A stretch of 64,000 nt of DNA from Octopus vulgaris (lineage: Eukaryota): positions 47,926,001 through 47,990,000 of the forward strand of contig OX597819.1 in assembly GCA_951406725.2 (NCBI GenBank). The letters run 5' to 3'. Each line of letters starts with the position of its first letter. Position 1 is the stretch's first letter. Position numbers and translations under genes: made by a program. A model generated the notes under the pieces. It was not told the origin of the DNA, searched no databases, and worked only from the letters and a program-made list of their open reading frames with translations. Below, piece after piece: positions 26,764-40,286 of the stretch.

Positions 26764-27786
26764 ATGTGTGTGTTTGTGTGTGTGTGTATATAAATATATA
26801 TATATCTTAGATGTTTGCTTGATATTACTAAATCATTATGCACAGCTTCCACGAATCAGCTAGCAACCATCACAACACCACCACATCCCAACAATATTGA
26901 TGTGAACGAAGCAATAAATTCATTCAGCTGGAAAAGACCCTCTCTCAGCTCCATCCACCATAATATATTTGGTGTTGGCCTCTGTTTTGAATGTATGTGT
27001 AACTCACCCCACTTGGCCAACATGTTGGCAAGGGTGTGCTTTTGTTTTAGGCACCTGAGTAGAACTTGACCCAGAATGTAGGGAGCTGGAACAAATACTG
27101 CAATGTATCCAGTCCAACATTCATACAGTTCTGCCAATCCACAAACCCTGGATTGGTGTCTTTTTTTTATTGACACAGAAAGAATGAAAGGATACAAAGT
27201 TGATTTCAGCAGAATTTGATCTGAGAGTGCAGAGTATGTAAACAAGCACTGTGAGATATTCAATTTGTCGCTCTTAAAAAACTCTGCCAATTCACATGAT
27301 GATTAAGTTGTATGATATGCTATGTCATTCACATTCCTGGCAATGACATACTACTATTCATAATGACATCAATGCCTCACAGAATGAAGGAAGCCACAGT
27401 AAGTGTCTGCTTAATGAGTTGAAGTAATTTTTTTCTCTAATAATTCCTTAATTAAATGATTGTAGATAAAAGAATAAAGTGTTCAAAATTGTACACAATA
27501 TTTTGGAGTGACTTATACTCATTATCAAGGACTTCTCCAAGATTATATAGCATACAGCTATAAGTTGAATACTAGCTGCATACTGGAAATGTGTAGGTCT
27601 GTTTATTAAATAGATGTCTATTGTTATATGTAATTTGTGTGCTATGTGGTACTTAGAAAGCTGCATCAGATCCTTGTCATTGAATTGCAGGTGGTATTTA
27701 CGATTTGAACAAAGATAAATAAATGGGAGATTGTGGAAAGCAATCATTATAGATTAAGTATCTCCTGCCAGTAACAGACAAGCCAG

Positions 27787-28230
27787 ATGTATGTATGTAT
27801 GTATGTATGTATGTATGTATGTATGTATGTATGTATGTATGTATGTATGTATGTATGCATGCATGTATGTATGTATGTATGCATGTATGCATGTATGTAT
27901 GTATGTATTTATGTATGTATGTATGTATGTATGTGTGTGTGTGTATGTATGTATGTATGTATGTATGTATGCATGTATGTATGTAAGTATGTATGTATGC
28001 ATGTATGTATGTATGTATTTATGTATGTATATATGTATGTATGTATGCATGTATGTATGTATGTATGTATGTATGTATGTATTTATGTATGTATGTATGT
28101 GTGTGTGTGTATGTATATGTGTATGTATTTATGTATGTGTGTATGTATGTATGTATGTATGTATGTATGTATGTGTGTATGTTTGTGTGTGTGTGTCTGT
28201 GTGTGTGCGTGCATGTGTGTGTGTATACAC
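27787..28230. repeat. (TATG)n/(TG)n microsatellite
   Basis: Seen directly; source of the MYVC/HTYI pseudo-ORFs. Confidence 0.95.
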
Positions 28231-28791
28231 ATACATACATTATACATATGTATATATTGTTATTTGTTTGTTCAATACACAGGATTTGAAAGTCTCCTTG
28301 CATTATGTCCTGCTTGCTGCTCTGTGCTAACAGTGAGAATATACACATACATGTACTTATTATCATTTCATCATCGCACTTTTCTATACTGTTTTTCCTG
28401 CAAAAAAACAACAACAAAAAAACAAAACAAACAAAATGCTCTTCCAGGTGCCATTCCTCACTTGTTTCCAAGAAAGGAATTATTTCTTCAAGTCCTTTGA
28501 ACAATGACATGTTTTTGCAGCAGATTGTAAATAAAGAAAATGTTGTACATACAATGACATTTGCTTTTATGCCAAAACAATGGGGAGACATAAACATATA
28601 CACACACATACAAACATTCATGCACACATGCATATTATGCACATGCACATATACACAAACACATACGTAATATACATATATGTGTGTATGTGTGTGTGTG
28701 TGTGTAATGTACACATATGCAAAATATATGTGTGTGTGTACAGATATATATGTACAGATATATATGTACATATGTGTGTGTGTGTGTTAAT

Positions 28792-28822
<31 letters not shown>

Positions 28823-31421
28823 CCATCATTTAACATCTGTCTTTTATGCTGGCATGAGTTAGATGGTTTAATATGAGCTGGTGAGCAAGAAGTCTGTGCC
28901 AAGCTCTGCAGTCTGCTTTGGCATAGTTTCTATGGCTAGATGCCCTTTTGAATGCCACTATATAATATAGAATAATATATTTATATGTATGAGTGTATAC
29001 ATGCATGCATGCATACATAATGCATACAGACAGACAGACAGACATATATGTACATGCTTATGTATACATGAAATATATATGAAGGAGATGTGAACCTCTC
29101 AAGCCATATCACAGACTTCTCAATTTCACAGCACAGTAACTCAAAATAAAAACTCATACAGGATAGAGGAGACGCTTTAGTTCTGTCAAAGACAACAACT
29201 CTAGGGCTAAGCGCATAATAAAATGCACTGATTCCAAATTGTAAGACACATACAGTAGCTCACTTTGTAGCCGTGTATATCAAGAAGCAATGGCCATGGC
29301 TATGATGAGTGATATGACACTGTGAAATCTCTCCAACCCATAGGTCATAACTAAATATTTCAAGGCATTTTTTCTGATGTGGAAATCTCCATTGTCATCA
29401 TTTAACGTCTGTTTTCCATGCTAGCATGGGTTGGATGATTTGACTGAAGCTGGTAAGGCCAGGGCCTGCACCAGGCTCCATTATCTGTTCTAGCACAGTT
29501 TCTATGGCTGGATGCCTTTCCTAATGCCAACCACTCCACAGAGTGTACTGGGTGCTTTTTATGTGGTACCAATACCAGTACTTTTGATGTAGCACCAGCA
29601 CCAGTGCTTTTTTATGTGGTAACGGCATCAGTATCAATTCTACTGTAGATAGATCTTGAATACAGTAAAGTACCAGATATCTCAGTCCTTTCTCATCTTC
29701 TTTGTAAGACTCAGTGTCTTGAGATCGGCCTTCAATACTTCATCTCACATCAATTGACCTTCTTATGGTAAAATATTTCAAAGTAGTAGTTGTTGTTATG
29801 GTAATTTTCATTTTGGTGGCTATGGGCAGAACACAGTAATATAATTGTAGACAATTGCACTATTGTAAGTCATAAATAAACTATAAAACAGAAGTGTAAA
29901 TCTGAGTCTATAAAACAATAATAAATAGGTTATAAAGCAACACATAAATGGATAGAGAAACACATTCCTTAGAAATGTTAGTTGATTCAATTTTCATTTT
30001 TTACTTTCATTATCTTTTAGAAAATGACATTTGGTTGCGTCATTAAGCTTAAAGAACAAACTGAAAATTCCTGCTTTTCTCAAAGAATTATATCACAGCA
30101 AAAGAAATAGTATGAGTTTTATTACTATAATTTCAATGATCAGAATTCTATTCATTATGAAAACCAATTTTTTTCTGTTTTCTTTTAGACATAAGCTCAA
30201 TGGACAATGGCCTTATTGCATTTGTGTTCATCCAAGATAGATAAAATTCCAGCTACTAAGCAACACAGAGTGCATTTTGGTGATTGAGATTATATACTAT
30301 TTCAAGTATATTGCTTTAAGCATTATACCATGTCGTTACAGCTTCTAGAATAAATAAGATAAAGTAAACAGCATATTTTTTCTTGCCCTTCAACAATAGC
30401 ATGGAGATGAATAGAAACCACAAAACTACATTAGTAATATGGATTGAATCTACAAATGTGTTTCATAAAAAGGGGGGAAAATAAAAGAGAAAAAAGAATG
30501 AAGAAGTTTTTAAAAAATAACAGTAAACTTTTATCTTTGGCTGTCCTAATTCTATATAAGCGAATCAAATCTCAACATATTTATACATTTAGAATAATAC
30601 ATCTCTGGATCAATTATATGTTCTGCCAGTCAAAGGGAAGTATATAAAGCCTTATAAAACTAAATGAATAGCTAGCTGAGAATCAAGGGCATCAAAAGGC
30701 AAAACAAAGAAATCGAAAAGAAAATGATTGTGGTGATATGGAGATATTTGATGAAAAATAGATGAAATGTGCCATGTTAGTGAATATCAAAATATACAAG
30801 CAAACAAAGCTGAAGAAGACAAAAACTTGTTTTTTACAGAATAAGGAATGATTTCTAAAGTAATAGCTTGGATAAATTCTAATCTTTAACTGTTTATCTG
30901 CAAGGATTGGACATGAACTAATATCTTATTTTCCATTTAACCTTAACTAAAGGCATATATTCACAGAATGTGTTACTAAAACATTTTATTTTTACTGTTT
31001 TACTCTTTCTGCACAATTTCCAAACACAGTATACAGTCAAATATGAGATTTATTTTATAGAATAATGTTTTAAGTAGAATAAATGAGATGCATTTTATAG
31101 AATGATATTTTAAATAGATTTTAAAATGCACAAGTATGCAGTGATAGGCTACTTGAATGTCAATAATTTGATCAAACAAGGTTAGAAAAAATGCAATATA
31201 CAGAATGCAGAAATGAAGAAAGGGGCAAAAATATATAAAAAGCTCATATTTCAATGACCATTGCAAGCTTATAATGTTTAGTTAGTTTAAGTCAATCACA
31301 ATATAAACAAATATATAGATTCCTTTCTTCAGTATATCACCCTGTATTTGTGAATATATCCTGAGTATTTAAATTGTATTGTTTTAAATACTACACTATT
31401 TCAGCTTCTAGAATAAATAAT

Positions 31422-31635
31422 CTTTTCTATTATAGGCACAAGGACTAAAATTTTGGGTGTGTGTGGCAGTCAAATACATTGACCCCATACTTGACTGGTA
31501 CTTTATTTTATCAACCATGAAAGGATGAAAAGCAAAGTCAACCTTGATGGAATTTGAACTCAGAGCATAAAACCAGAAAAAATACTGCTAAACATTTTGT
31601 CCCGTGTGATAACAATTCTACTGGCTCACTGCCTT
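31422..31635 (-). mobile_element. tRNA-derived SINE family C with 19-bp TSD
   Basis: agcttct(a/t)gaataaataat at 31403-31421 and 31636-31654. Body gactttgcttttcatcctttc. Family copies also near 4960, 23108, 24350, 24950, 40795 and 48440. Confidence 0.8.
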
Positions 31636-32905
31636 AGCTTCTTGAATAAATAATATAAGGTAAGCAATGTAACTTTTTCACATCCTTCAACAATCGCAAG
31701 ATATTTAGTATGATGTTACTGTAGTGTTTAATAGAGTACATGTAGTACTCTAACGGCTCTGACATGATTCCAGCTCAGACAAAATCAGTCTTCAAACATC
31801 AAAATGTCTCATTTCGATTCCTCACAACATCTCTATGTTCAAATAATGCTGAAGATGTCTTTATAAGAAATTCTATAATTCACTGAGAAGGTCAGATTAA
31901 TATGGAAATATGCCTGAAGTTGTCTCCCTTAATTACCAGAGGTAAAAATGAAAATATTATCAATCGTTCACTAATGTACTAATATAGGTTTCCATTTTAT
32001 TTTTCTCCCTGCAAATTTATTTCTAGTAAACTTTTTATTGCTTCCTGCATTAAAAATTATAACACTAACATGCCTAATGTTTGCATCAGTTTTAGGAGTT
32101 AATTATTTATAGTATTTTGGTGATATTCATTCAACAATTATTCTCTCTACAAAAACAAATGTCATTAGAATAAAAAAATTAAAATTTATCATTGGATTTA
32201 TTATTATTATTATTATTGGTTCTTTGTCTCTCTCTCTCTCGATTTCTGAACTGTAAACTGCCCTTCTATGTAAATTTGACATTAAAATAAGATAAATAAA
32301 ATGTTTCCTTCTATGAGTTGTTGTGTCACCATTTCATCATAATGTGCCAAGAGCACTAGGAGGAACCCCATCAGTTTTTATTAGATTATTGACTAAGTTG
32401 GAAATCATTGGTGTGAAGAATGAAAATAAAGTAAGCTGGTCGAGCAGGGGACAAAAATAGCACACATATCAAACTGAAAGTGCTAACTTAAACTTTATAC
32501 AAGAGCCATTGAGGAAACTTCTACATGGTCATTTGCTCTGCTAGAAAAATCATCAAAATGTCTCTCAAATTGCTCTTTTTCATCTTAAAAACAGTACACA
32601 ATGAATAATGTAGTCTGAGGTACACAATGCCTGAAGAAATATCAAATTATCATAGCTGGAGTATTTTTGATGATAGATTTGCTCGATCCAGTTTGAACTC
32701 AAGGAAAAACAACAACAGCAGCAGTGGCAGCAACAGGGTAGCAGCAGCAGCAGAGTAGTAGCTGCAGTAGGCAGCGGCAAAGCAGCAACAGGGCAGCAGC
32801 AGCAACAGCAGCAACAACAACAGCAGCAATAACAACAGCAGCAGCAGAGTAGTAGCTGCAGTAGGGCAGCAACGAAGCAGCAGCAGGGCAGCAGCAGCAA
32901 CGACA

Positions 32906-33235
32906 GTGGAGGCTCAATGGCCCAGTGGTTAGAGCAGCGGACTCGCAGTTGGAGGATTGCGGTTTCGATTCCCAGACCGGGCGTTGTGTGTGTTTATTGA
33001 GTGAAAACACCTAAAGCTCCACGAGGCTCCGGCAGGGTTGTTGGCGACCCCTGTTGTACTCTTTCGCCCCAACTTTCTCTCACTCTTTCTTCCCGTTTCT
33101 TGTCCCCGACTTCCTACGCAACTGCTGAGCCTGGATGCACATTCATCCATCCGTCGATGCTCTCGGTGTCAGGGGTTGACCTGCTTTCTCTTCTGCGGGT
33201 CTTACAAATAGCAAAGGACCATGTTTCGGACCGCT
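32906..33235 (+). mobile_element. tRNA-derived SINE family D inserted in a (CAG/CAA)n tract
   Basis: TGGCCCAGTGGTTAGAGC (A box) ... GTTTCGATTCCC (B box). CAG/CAA repeats on both sides. Confidence 0.85.
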
Positions 33236-33265
33236 CAACAGCAACAGCAACAGCAGCAACGACAA

Positions 33266-33297
<32 letters not shown>

Positions 33298-33584
33298 GTA
33301 TGGTTTGAAAAGTGAATAACTTTATCTATCTAATATAGTTGATTAAGACTTGTACATGACTGCTACCGTATTTTCCATCATGGAGAATGTTTTGGCATCA
33401 AAGACGCACACCAATTACTACTTGAAAATTTTAAAACAAAGAAAAGCATAAAGCAAGGTTTCTGCACATTTCCATTCTTAAACACAATTTTTTTGTTTGT
33501 TTGTTTTATATTTGTGGCTTAACAACATAAAGACCCTGTTGTTCACTTGTCTGCATTATTTTCTTTCATTGTTACAGCATAGGG

Positions 33585-33919
33585 TAAAGACCCTCTTTAG
33601 TCATGAATGACCATGGGACTGCTCCTGGAAAGTTACTCGACACAAGTCTGGACAAGGTTGTTTTTGTGGAAGGCCAACAATTGCCCATACATACCAACCT
33701 TCTCTCTTCATGCCATCGATATTATCCAAGGGAAAGGCAAAGGCTGATACAGCTGGGCACCAGTGATGTCGTAACTCATTTCTACAGATGAGTTAACTGG
33801 AGCAATGTGCAATAAAGTGTCTTGCTCAAGAACACAACATACAGCCTGGTCAGGGAATTGAACTCACTATCTCATTATTGTGAGCCCAATGCTCTAACCA
33901 CTGAGCCATGCATCTTCAC
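33585..33919 (-). mobile_element. tRNA-derived SINE family E
   Basis: Colinear with 1026-1360. Confidence 0.8.
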
Positions 33920-34206
33920 AGTATGTTACCGTATAGTGTCATAATAAGCTTAGCTTAGATAGATAATCCTTCTTTGGTATTCAAACTTGTTTATGAAAAA
34001 TGTAACTTTTGTCCTTTTGAAGGTATAGTTAATGTCTGAAACTTATTTTAAGAAAAAAAATATAGCTCTCAATGAATGGAAATACAGTATTTATTTTATC
34101 AACCCCAGAAGAATGAAGGGCAAAGTTAGCCTGGATGGGATTTGAAACCTTAGCTACCCTTCCTGTTACCAGTCAAGTTATGTTATAAAATGCATCATCA
34201 TACTTA

Positions 34207-34487
34207 CAGTGGAGGGAAATAAATATTTGTACATGTCAAAATTCTTTATTTATTTAATTTCTAATGAACATAAATGGGATATACCAATACTATATTTGCA
34301 TACAAATGCATAAACTAAGAATATACAAAAGAATTGGATAGTTACTATAATTTATTAGTTTATTTTGCATATTTTTAGTTTTTGCATGTGTATGCAAATA
34401 TAGTATTGGTATATCCCATTTATGTTCATTAGAAATTAAATAAATAAAGAATTTTGACGTGTACGAATATTTATTTCCCCCCCACTG
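34207..34487. mobile_element. Tc1/mariner MITE, near-perfect palindrome
   Basis: TA-CAGTGGAGGGAAATAAATATT...AATATTTATTTCCCCCCCACTG-TA; arms of about 120 bp; TA TSD. Confidence 0.9.
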
Positions 34488-34746
34488 TATATAAAATCTA
34501 TTTTTCTGTGTTGATATTGGTTGAACAGATCTCACAGCATCTTTCCATTTGTCACGGTTCCATATCATCTGACACACACAACAACAAAGAAAACCACCAA
34601 TCACATTGCAGTGTATGTTATGTTTTTGTGTATGTATCATGTGTTCCAGCCACCAGTAAATTTACAGCATAAGTTAAAGACATTTAACAGCATTAACAAG
34701 GTTGTCTGTAGCAAGCCTAAAGAGTTCTCCTAAGTACTTGTTATAA

Positions 34747-34872
34747 CATTATTTACCTTATTTACATTCGCCGGATATTTGTCATCTTGCTTGTTGTTAA
34801 CGGGCATATGGTATAGTGGTTAAGAGTGTGGGCTACTAAACCCAAGATTCCAAGTTTGATTCCAGGTAGTGA

Positions 34873-34947
<75 letters not shown>

Positions 34948-35144
34948 TAATAACATCGAAAAATACCTTAGGAATGAGAACCCAGGTTTGAAATTTCCCC
35001 AAGACACCTGAAGAAGGCTGGAGGGTATATCAGCCAAAACGTTGTGTTAACAACAAACAAGATGAGGACAAATATCCGTTGAATGTAAATAATGTAAATA
35101 ATGTAAATAATGTACATAATTCCTCATCTCTTAAATATAGAACT
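34747..35144 (+). mobile_element. Composite short retroelement: inverted 3'-end copy + tRNA head + (AAT)n + hammerhead motif + tail
   Basis: Perfect 13-bp TSD GTACTTGTTATAA (34734-34746 and 35145-35157). A/B-box-like head at 34802-34876. Hammerhead-like motif at 35003-35048. 34747-34801 is the reverse complement of about 35046-35104. Confidence 0.8.
35003..35048 (+). ncRNA. Minimal type-I hammerhead ribozyme-like motif (G12A in this copy)
   Basis: GACAC-CTGAAGA-A-GGCTG(GAGGGTATAT)CAGCC-AAAA-CG-TT-GTGTT. Stem I and stem II are each 5 bp; palindrome AACGTT. Confidence 0.65.
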
Positions 35145-35499
35145 GTACTTGTTATAAGTTTTTATTCAGAGGTAACGTTCTCTCAGACAGGTTGTGTGCA
35201 TTGCAGCTTGCAGAATCCATGTCTCCTACATTTATTCCTTCTTTTATTGGCATGGTGCTGTAACTATATCTCACGAAGCATTTTGTCATACACTCAACTA
35301 ATTCTGCCAGTAAGCATCCATACTTTAGCTGTTAAAGATAATAATGTTGTTATGTACAGTCACATTGATGTAGCAAGTGCGTTTTCGTGATAAGATGCAT
35401 CAAGTGATAATGTCCATTGACTAGGAATAACAAGAGGTGGGGAAAGTATGCTATGAATTACAGATAAAATAATACAAATATGCTCTCTCTCTCTCTCAT

Positions 35500-35558
<59 letters not shown>

Positions 35559-36830
35559 GACATATGCAGACACAAACACACATGCTAAAAGCTACAAAAA
35601 CATAGATACAACATATACACGCACATACTGATAGACAAACACACACATATGCGCATACACACCCCAATTACATACAAACGGACCAATGAGGGAGTCTCCA
35701 TATCATTGCTTGACTTGTTAGAGTTAGTGACCAAATCTCACCCAAATCACACCCAGTACCATGAAGTGGCGTGGTACATTCGACAAGGTTGTTCTAGAAA
35801 TCTCCAAAGCAATGATCAATCACAACTGTAATCTTCCTTTAAGTAATATTTTAGTGACTTCATTGACAAGATTTACCTGCTTGTCATGATATTTTTTATG
35901 AGAGAATACCATGGTGGTTTCCTGTTGTATTCCTTCAGGAGTTTTTAGCCAGCCAGACACAGACAAGCTTGCTATACCTGCCTGGTCACACACCACATTA
36001 AAATCCTGAACAAAACATTGTGTCCGTTGCTCTAAGAGTTCCATCAATCCACAATACTGGACAGGTAGTCTAGGAGTTTATTTTATTGACCCTAGAAAGA
36101 TGAAAACAAAGTTGACTTCAGCAGGATTTGAATTCAGAACAAAAACTGGTCCAACAATTTTGTTGATTTGCCACCAGTGGTCATAATATCTTTCCTCATA
36201 AATCTGTTCAGTGAGCTTTGACGTGGGGACTGAATAACAACGATAAAAGCAACAACAACCACAGGCTACCTAGACACAAACACACACATATACACAAACG
36301 CACACAAACTCACACCAAGTTAATTTGCAACCAAAGCTACATTACAAATTAGTGATAGAGAATGATACATACACATGCAGATACAGATACACAATCATAA
36401 ACACATACAAAAATATACATTCATACACACATACAATCATACACAAGCATATGATCAAACACGCACAATGATACAGACAGATGATTATTAGACTGTACGA
36501 GATAATTCCATTAGGCACAGTGGTTCTGATGGGAGGGAGGAAGGTTATTCTTATGTATACTAGTCATCCATAAATATTATCCATAAATACTTGTCAGCTA
36601 CTTGAGATTTATGGCTACATTAATTAGGGACCAACATTTGAACAAACAAATTATAATTGTTTTATATAAAGGACTTTCCTCTATTCTTGCTTTGTGTGAT
36701 TAGGTACAGCTGAAAATAAGATTGAGGTTATTGTTCACTTCCTTTCTTTCTTTTTTTAGCATCAGACCTTGTAGAGACATTTAAGCACATTCACACACAC
36801 ACGCATGCATGCACACAAGCACACTCACGT

Positions 36831-36871
<41 letters not shown>

Positions 36872-36976
36872 TTTATGGGTATAAGTATGCCCGTGTAATT
36901 AAAAAGTTCACTTTGCAATTTCACAGTCAGGTTGTCCTAGATTTTGATTGCACTGCATGGCACTTCTGTGTGTGTT

Positions 36977-37040
<64 letters not shown>

Positions 37041-37834
37041 TGTGTCTGTGCATGTTTGCGGTGTTCATGTTTTCTTGTCTTGAAATCATGTGATTGTTGT
37101 GAAGGAGTATCACCATTGTACAAATGGGTTTGTTCCATGAAGACATGTCCAGCCATAGGGGAATATTACCTTGTTTGGAAACAAATGAGGTTTGGCAATA
37201 GGAAGAGCATCCAGCCATAGAAAATCTGCCTCAGACCCTTGAAAGCATAGAAAAGTAAATGTTAAAGCTCTGATAATACATCTACATTTATAAATATATA
37301 CTTATTTGGAAATTCCTTATCAGTGACAGAAGCAGCAGTAGTTCAAAATAGCATTCTGTGTGTCTTACTTAAAGCAGATACATTGTCAAAAACCTGATAA
37401 ACTGCAATATTTGTCTAGTGACACCATCCCTTCTAGATGCAGAGTGTCAAAAAAACACAAAAATATATCAGTAGCAAATGAAAATGGCCTAGCAACAGTG
37501 GCAGCATTGCTAAATGTGTATTTTCGCCTCTTTGAACATTGTCAGTAGCAAGTGCCCACTGGTAATCATACATGAAGACAAAATAAGCTGCTATTGATAC
37601 AATAAAATAATGACTGAAAATCACTGCTGTTACAATTAAATGGCAGGCTGAATAAAAATTCATTATGAGTAATAGAAGCAGTATTAGTTCAAAATAGCAA
37701 TTTTTGTATCATACTCAAAGTAGATACATCATTGAAAGCTTAATAAACTGGTATTTGTCTCAAAGACTTCTTACCTATACAGTCATAGTGCATGCATTCA
37801 CACTGAAGTATGCATGCACATACTCATACACACA

Positions 37835-37883
<49 letters not shown>

Positions 37884-38341
37884 ATTAAAGAGTACTCAAT
37901 TTCAACCACCATTTGTAGCATAGTATTATACTTCTAAGTAAAACATACTTGATTTCACTAGCTTCAATCAACTTGATTGGAATTAGATATGGCTGTTGCC
38001 GCTTCTTGTTGCCAGTTAAGCAGCGTCACTAAATAACTGCTCTGATAAGTCATGCATTTACTCATTCATCATCAAACCCATTGTTATTACTGAAGTCCTG
38101 TACTAGTACTATCTCACCAAGCCACAAGGTGATATATGATCCTTCGAAGGAAGCATCTACACAGTTGCTTAACCAGCAAGACATAGCAGTAAAATCTTTT
38201 TCTTATTAGACCCTACCATCTTAACAAAGAAAAGGAAGGAGACTTTAAATAATAGTCTTACATGTAAAACAACAACAACAAAGCTACAGAAACAGCATCA
38301 ACAACAACTACAACAGATGATATTATGCTTCTTAAGATGAT

Positions 38342-38626
38342 TGTTTGTTCCTTCCCGAGCCATACCTGGCTCATAAGGGCTGGTTTCCCAGTTTCCTTGG
38401 CGTATAGGTTCTCCACCTGGACGAGTGAGCTGCAAGATGCAGGAGGAAAGAGTGAGAGAAAGTTGTGGCGAAAGAGTCAGCGGAAGTTCACCATTACCTT
38501 CTACCGGAGCCACGTGGAGCTTAGGTGTTTCACTCATAAACATACACATCACCCGGTCTGAGATTCGAACCCACGATCCCTCGACCGCGAGTCCGCTGCT
38601 CTAACCACTAGGCCATGTGCCTCCAC
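38342..38626 (-). mobile_element. tRNA-derived SINE (head related to family D) with 12-bp TSD
   Basis: TCTTAAGATGAT at 38330-38341 and 38627-38638. Head TGGCCTAGTGGTTAGAGC...GGTTCGAATC. Confidence 0.85.
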
Positions 38627-39043
38627 TCTTAAGATGATAGGCCTTTGAAATTATACTATATTTATACAGGGAGAGGTCAAAAGTTATCCACACTCACACC
38701 AAACTTTTTTTAAGCTGGCGGCACCACCTTCAGCACTTATGCACTAAAAGGTGCTACTCTTATGGTTACATAACCAAGGTTTGACCTTGATTACCCCAGT
38801 TTTGTGTCTTGTGTTACAAAGTAAACATGTCTGTCTGGAGACAAAAGAACTGCAGTGGGAATATGTTTCTACCTCAATGGGCCTCACCAGCACAGTGATT
38901 GCTCTAACTTGTCTTTAGCAGAGGCAAGATACTTAGACATATAGAAGAAAGAGTAAAACACACACATACACACATCTAGGTATGTATTTGTTCATTATGT
39001 GCTGAGTACTTGAACATCCTCTTACATTCTTTTTTATCATGTA

Positions 39044-39092
<49 letters not shown>

Positions 39093-39114
39093 CATACATG
39101 AGTACACACATAGT

Positions 39115-39164
<50 letters not shown>

Positions 39165-39174
39165 GTGTGTGATA

Positions 39175-39229
39175 TAACAAAAGCTGTTACTCGGAGTTTC
39201 ACGTTCCCGTTCGTCGGACAGTTTTGTTA
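39175..39229 (-). ncRNA. Type-I hammerhead ribozyme-like motif (CCGACGA core) between microsatellites
   Basis: TAACAAAACTGT-CCGACGA-ACG(GGAA)CGT-GAAA-CTCCGAG-TA-ACAGCTTTTGTTA. 12-bp stem I with one bulge; GNRA-capped stem II. Confidence 0.65.
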
Positions 39230-39309
39230 AACTGTGTGATATATATATACAAGCATGCATCTTTATATGGATATATAAATATATCTGTGTGCGTGTATAA
39301 GCACACACA

Positions 39310-39365
<56 letters not shown>

Positions 39366-40054
39366 TATGCATACATAATGACTGGTATGATACAGAACAA
39401 AAGGCAAGAATTATTTCTATTTTTATTCTATTTTGATATTTAATGCATTTAAAAGTGTATCCACTGCATGTAATTATGCCTTTGATAATACTATTATATA
39501 TATATATCAAGGTTGACAGACTCAGGGAAACTGGGTCTGTCTACCATAAAAAAAAAAGCTATTCACCATTTACTCAATTATGTGTGGAATTTCATGCATT
39601 AAATTAGCATTTTCATAATGAACTGGAAATAATTTATATTCTATTAATCAATAATTTACATTTATAGGTTTAGTCTGGGTATGCCTACCTCACCTACACA
39701 GAAATCATATCCCTGGTGTAACTAAAAGGTGTCTGTTGTCGTTAGAAATTTCTCACACTTGACACAATCAAAATCTTTGCTGATGTGAAAAATAATAACT
39801 TAGTCTGTATCACATTTCCCATGAACAAAGGAGAAGGAGAGATGGAGAGTCTTCAGTAGGTAGGACAGTTTGGAAACCTGACAACTGAGTAGAGAAAAGT
39901 CAATTCTACAGGAAGAAACTATTTTAGGATGTTTCAAAATTTTAAATGTATTCAATATTAAAAAATTGTTTATGTCGCACTTGCCAAAACCATTTCTGTT
40001 AACACTTGACGATTCTATCTATATAATTTATTTATTCTTTTCCTGGCAAGTTTT

Positions 40055-40286
40055 AAAACTTTTTTGATATAAACCCAACCATATCCACCATTTGTTCTAT
40101 GATATAAAATTCTTGTTTTTAGGAAATCTAAATTAAAATCTTTCTAAAAAAAATTTGTTTATCTATGTTCCAAACTCAGGCTTAGTAAATAAGAGCAGAG
40201 TTATTTTACTAATCTTTTCATTATTTTCAGAGTTATTTGAAAGAAAGATAATGTATTTCAACAACAATATGAGAGCAAAAAGTTAA
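40055..40286 (+). mobile_element. Old piggyBac-type MITE copy
   Basis: Colinear with 61061-61289 (shared gttattttactaa block; ends in aaagttaa). Confidence 0.5.

Noticed and set aside
25994-29045. Long ORFs (up to 250 aa) of MYVC/HTYI/CVCV type
   Set aside because: Translations of (TATG)n, (TG)n and (TA)n microsatellites, open in many frames on both strands.
32906-32980. Possible tRNA gene (also the heads near 1290-1360, 34802-34876 and 38550-38626)
   Set aside because: The acceptor stems do not pair properly and each continues into a dispersed repeat body, so these are SINE heads.
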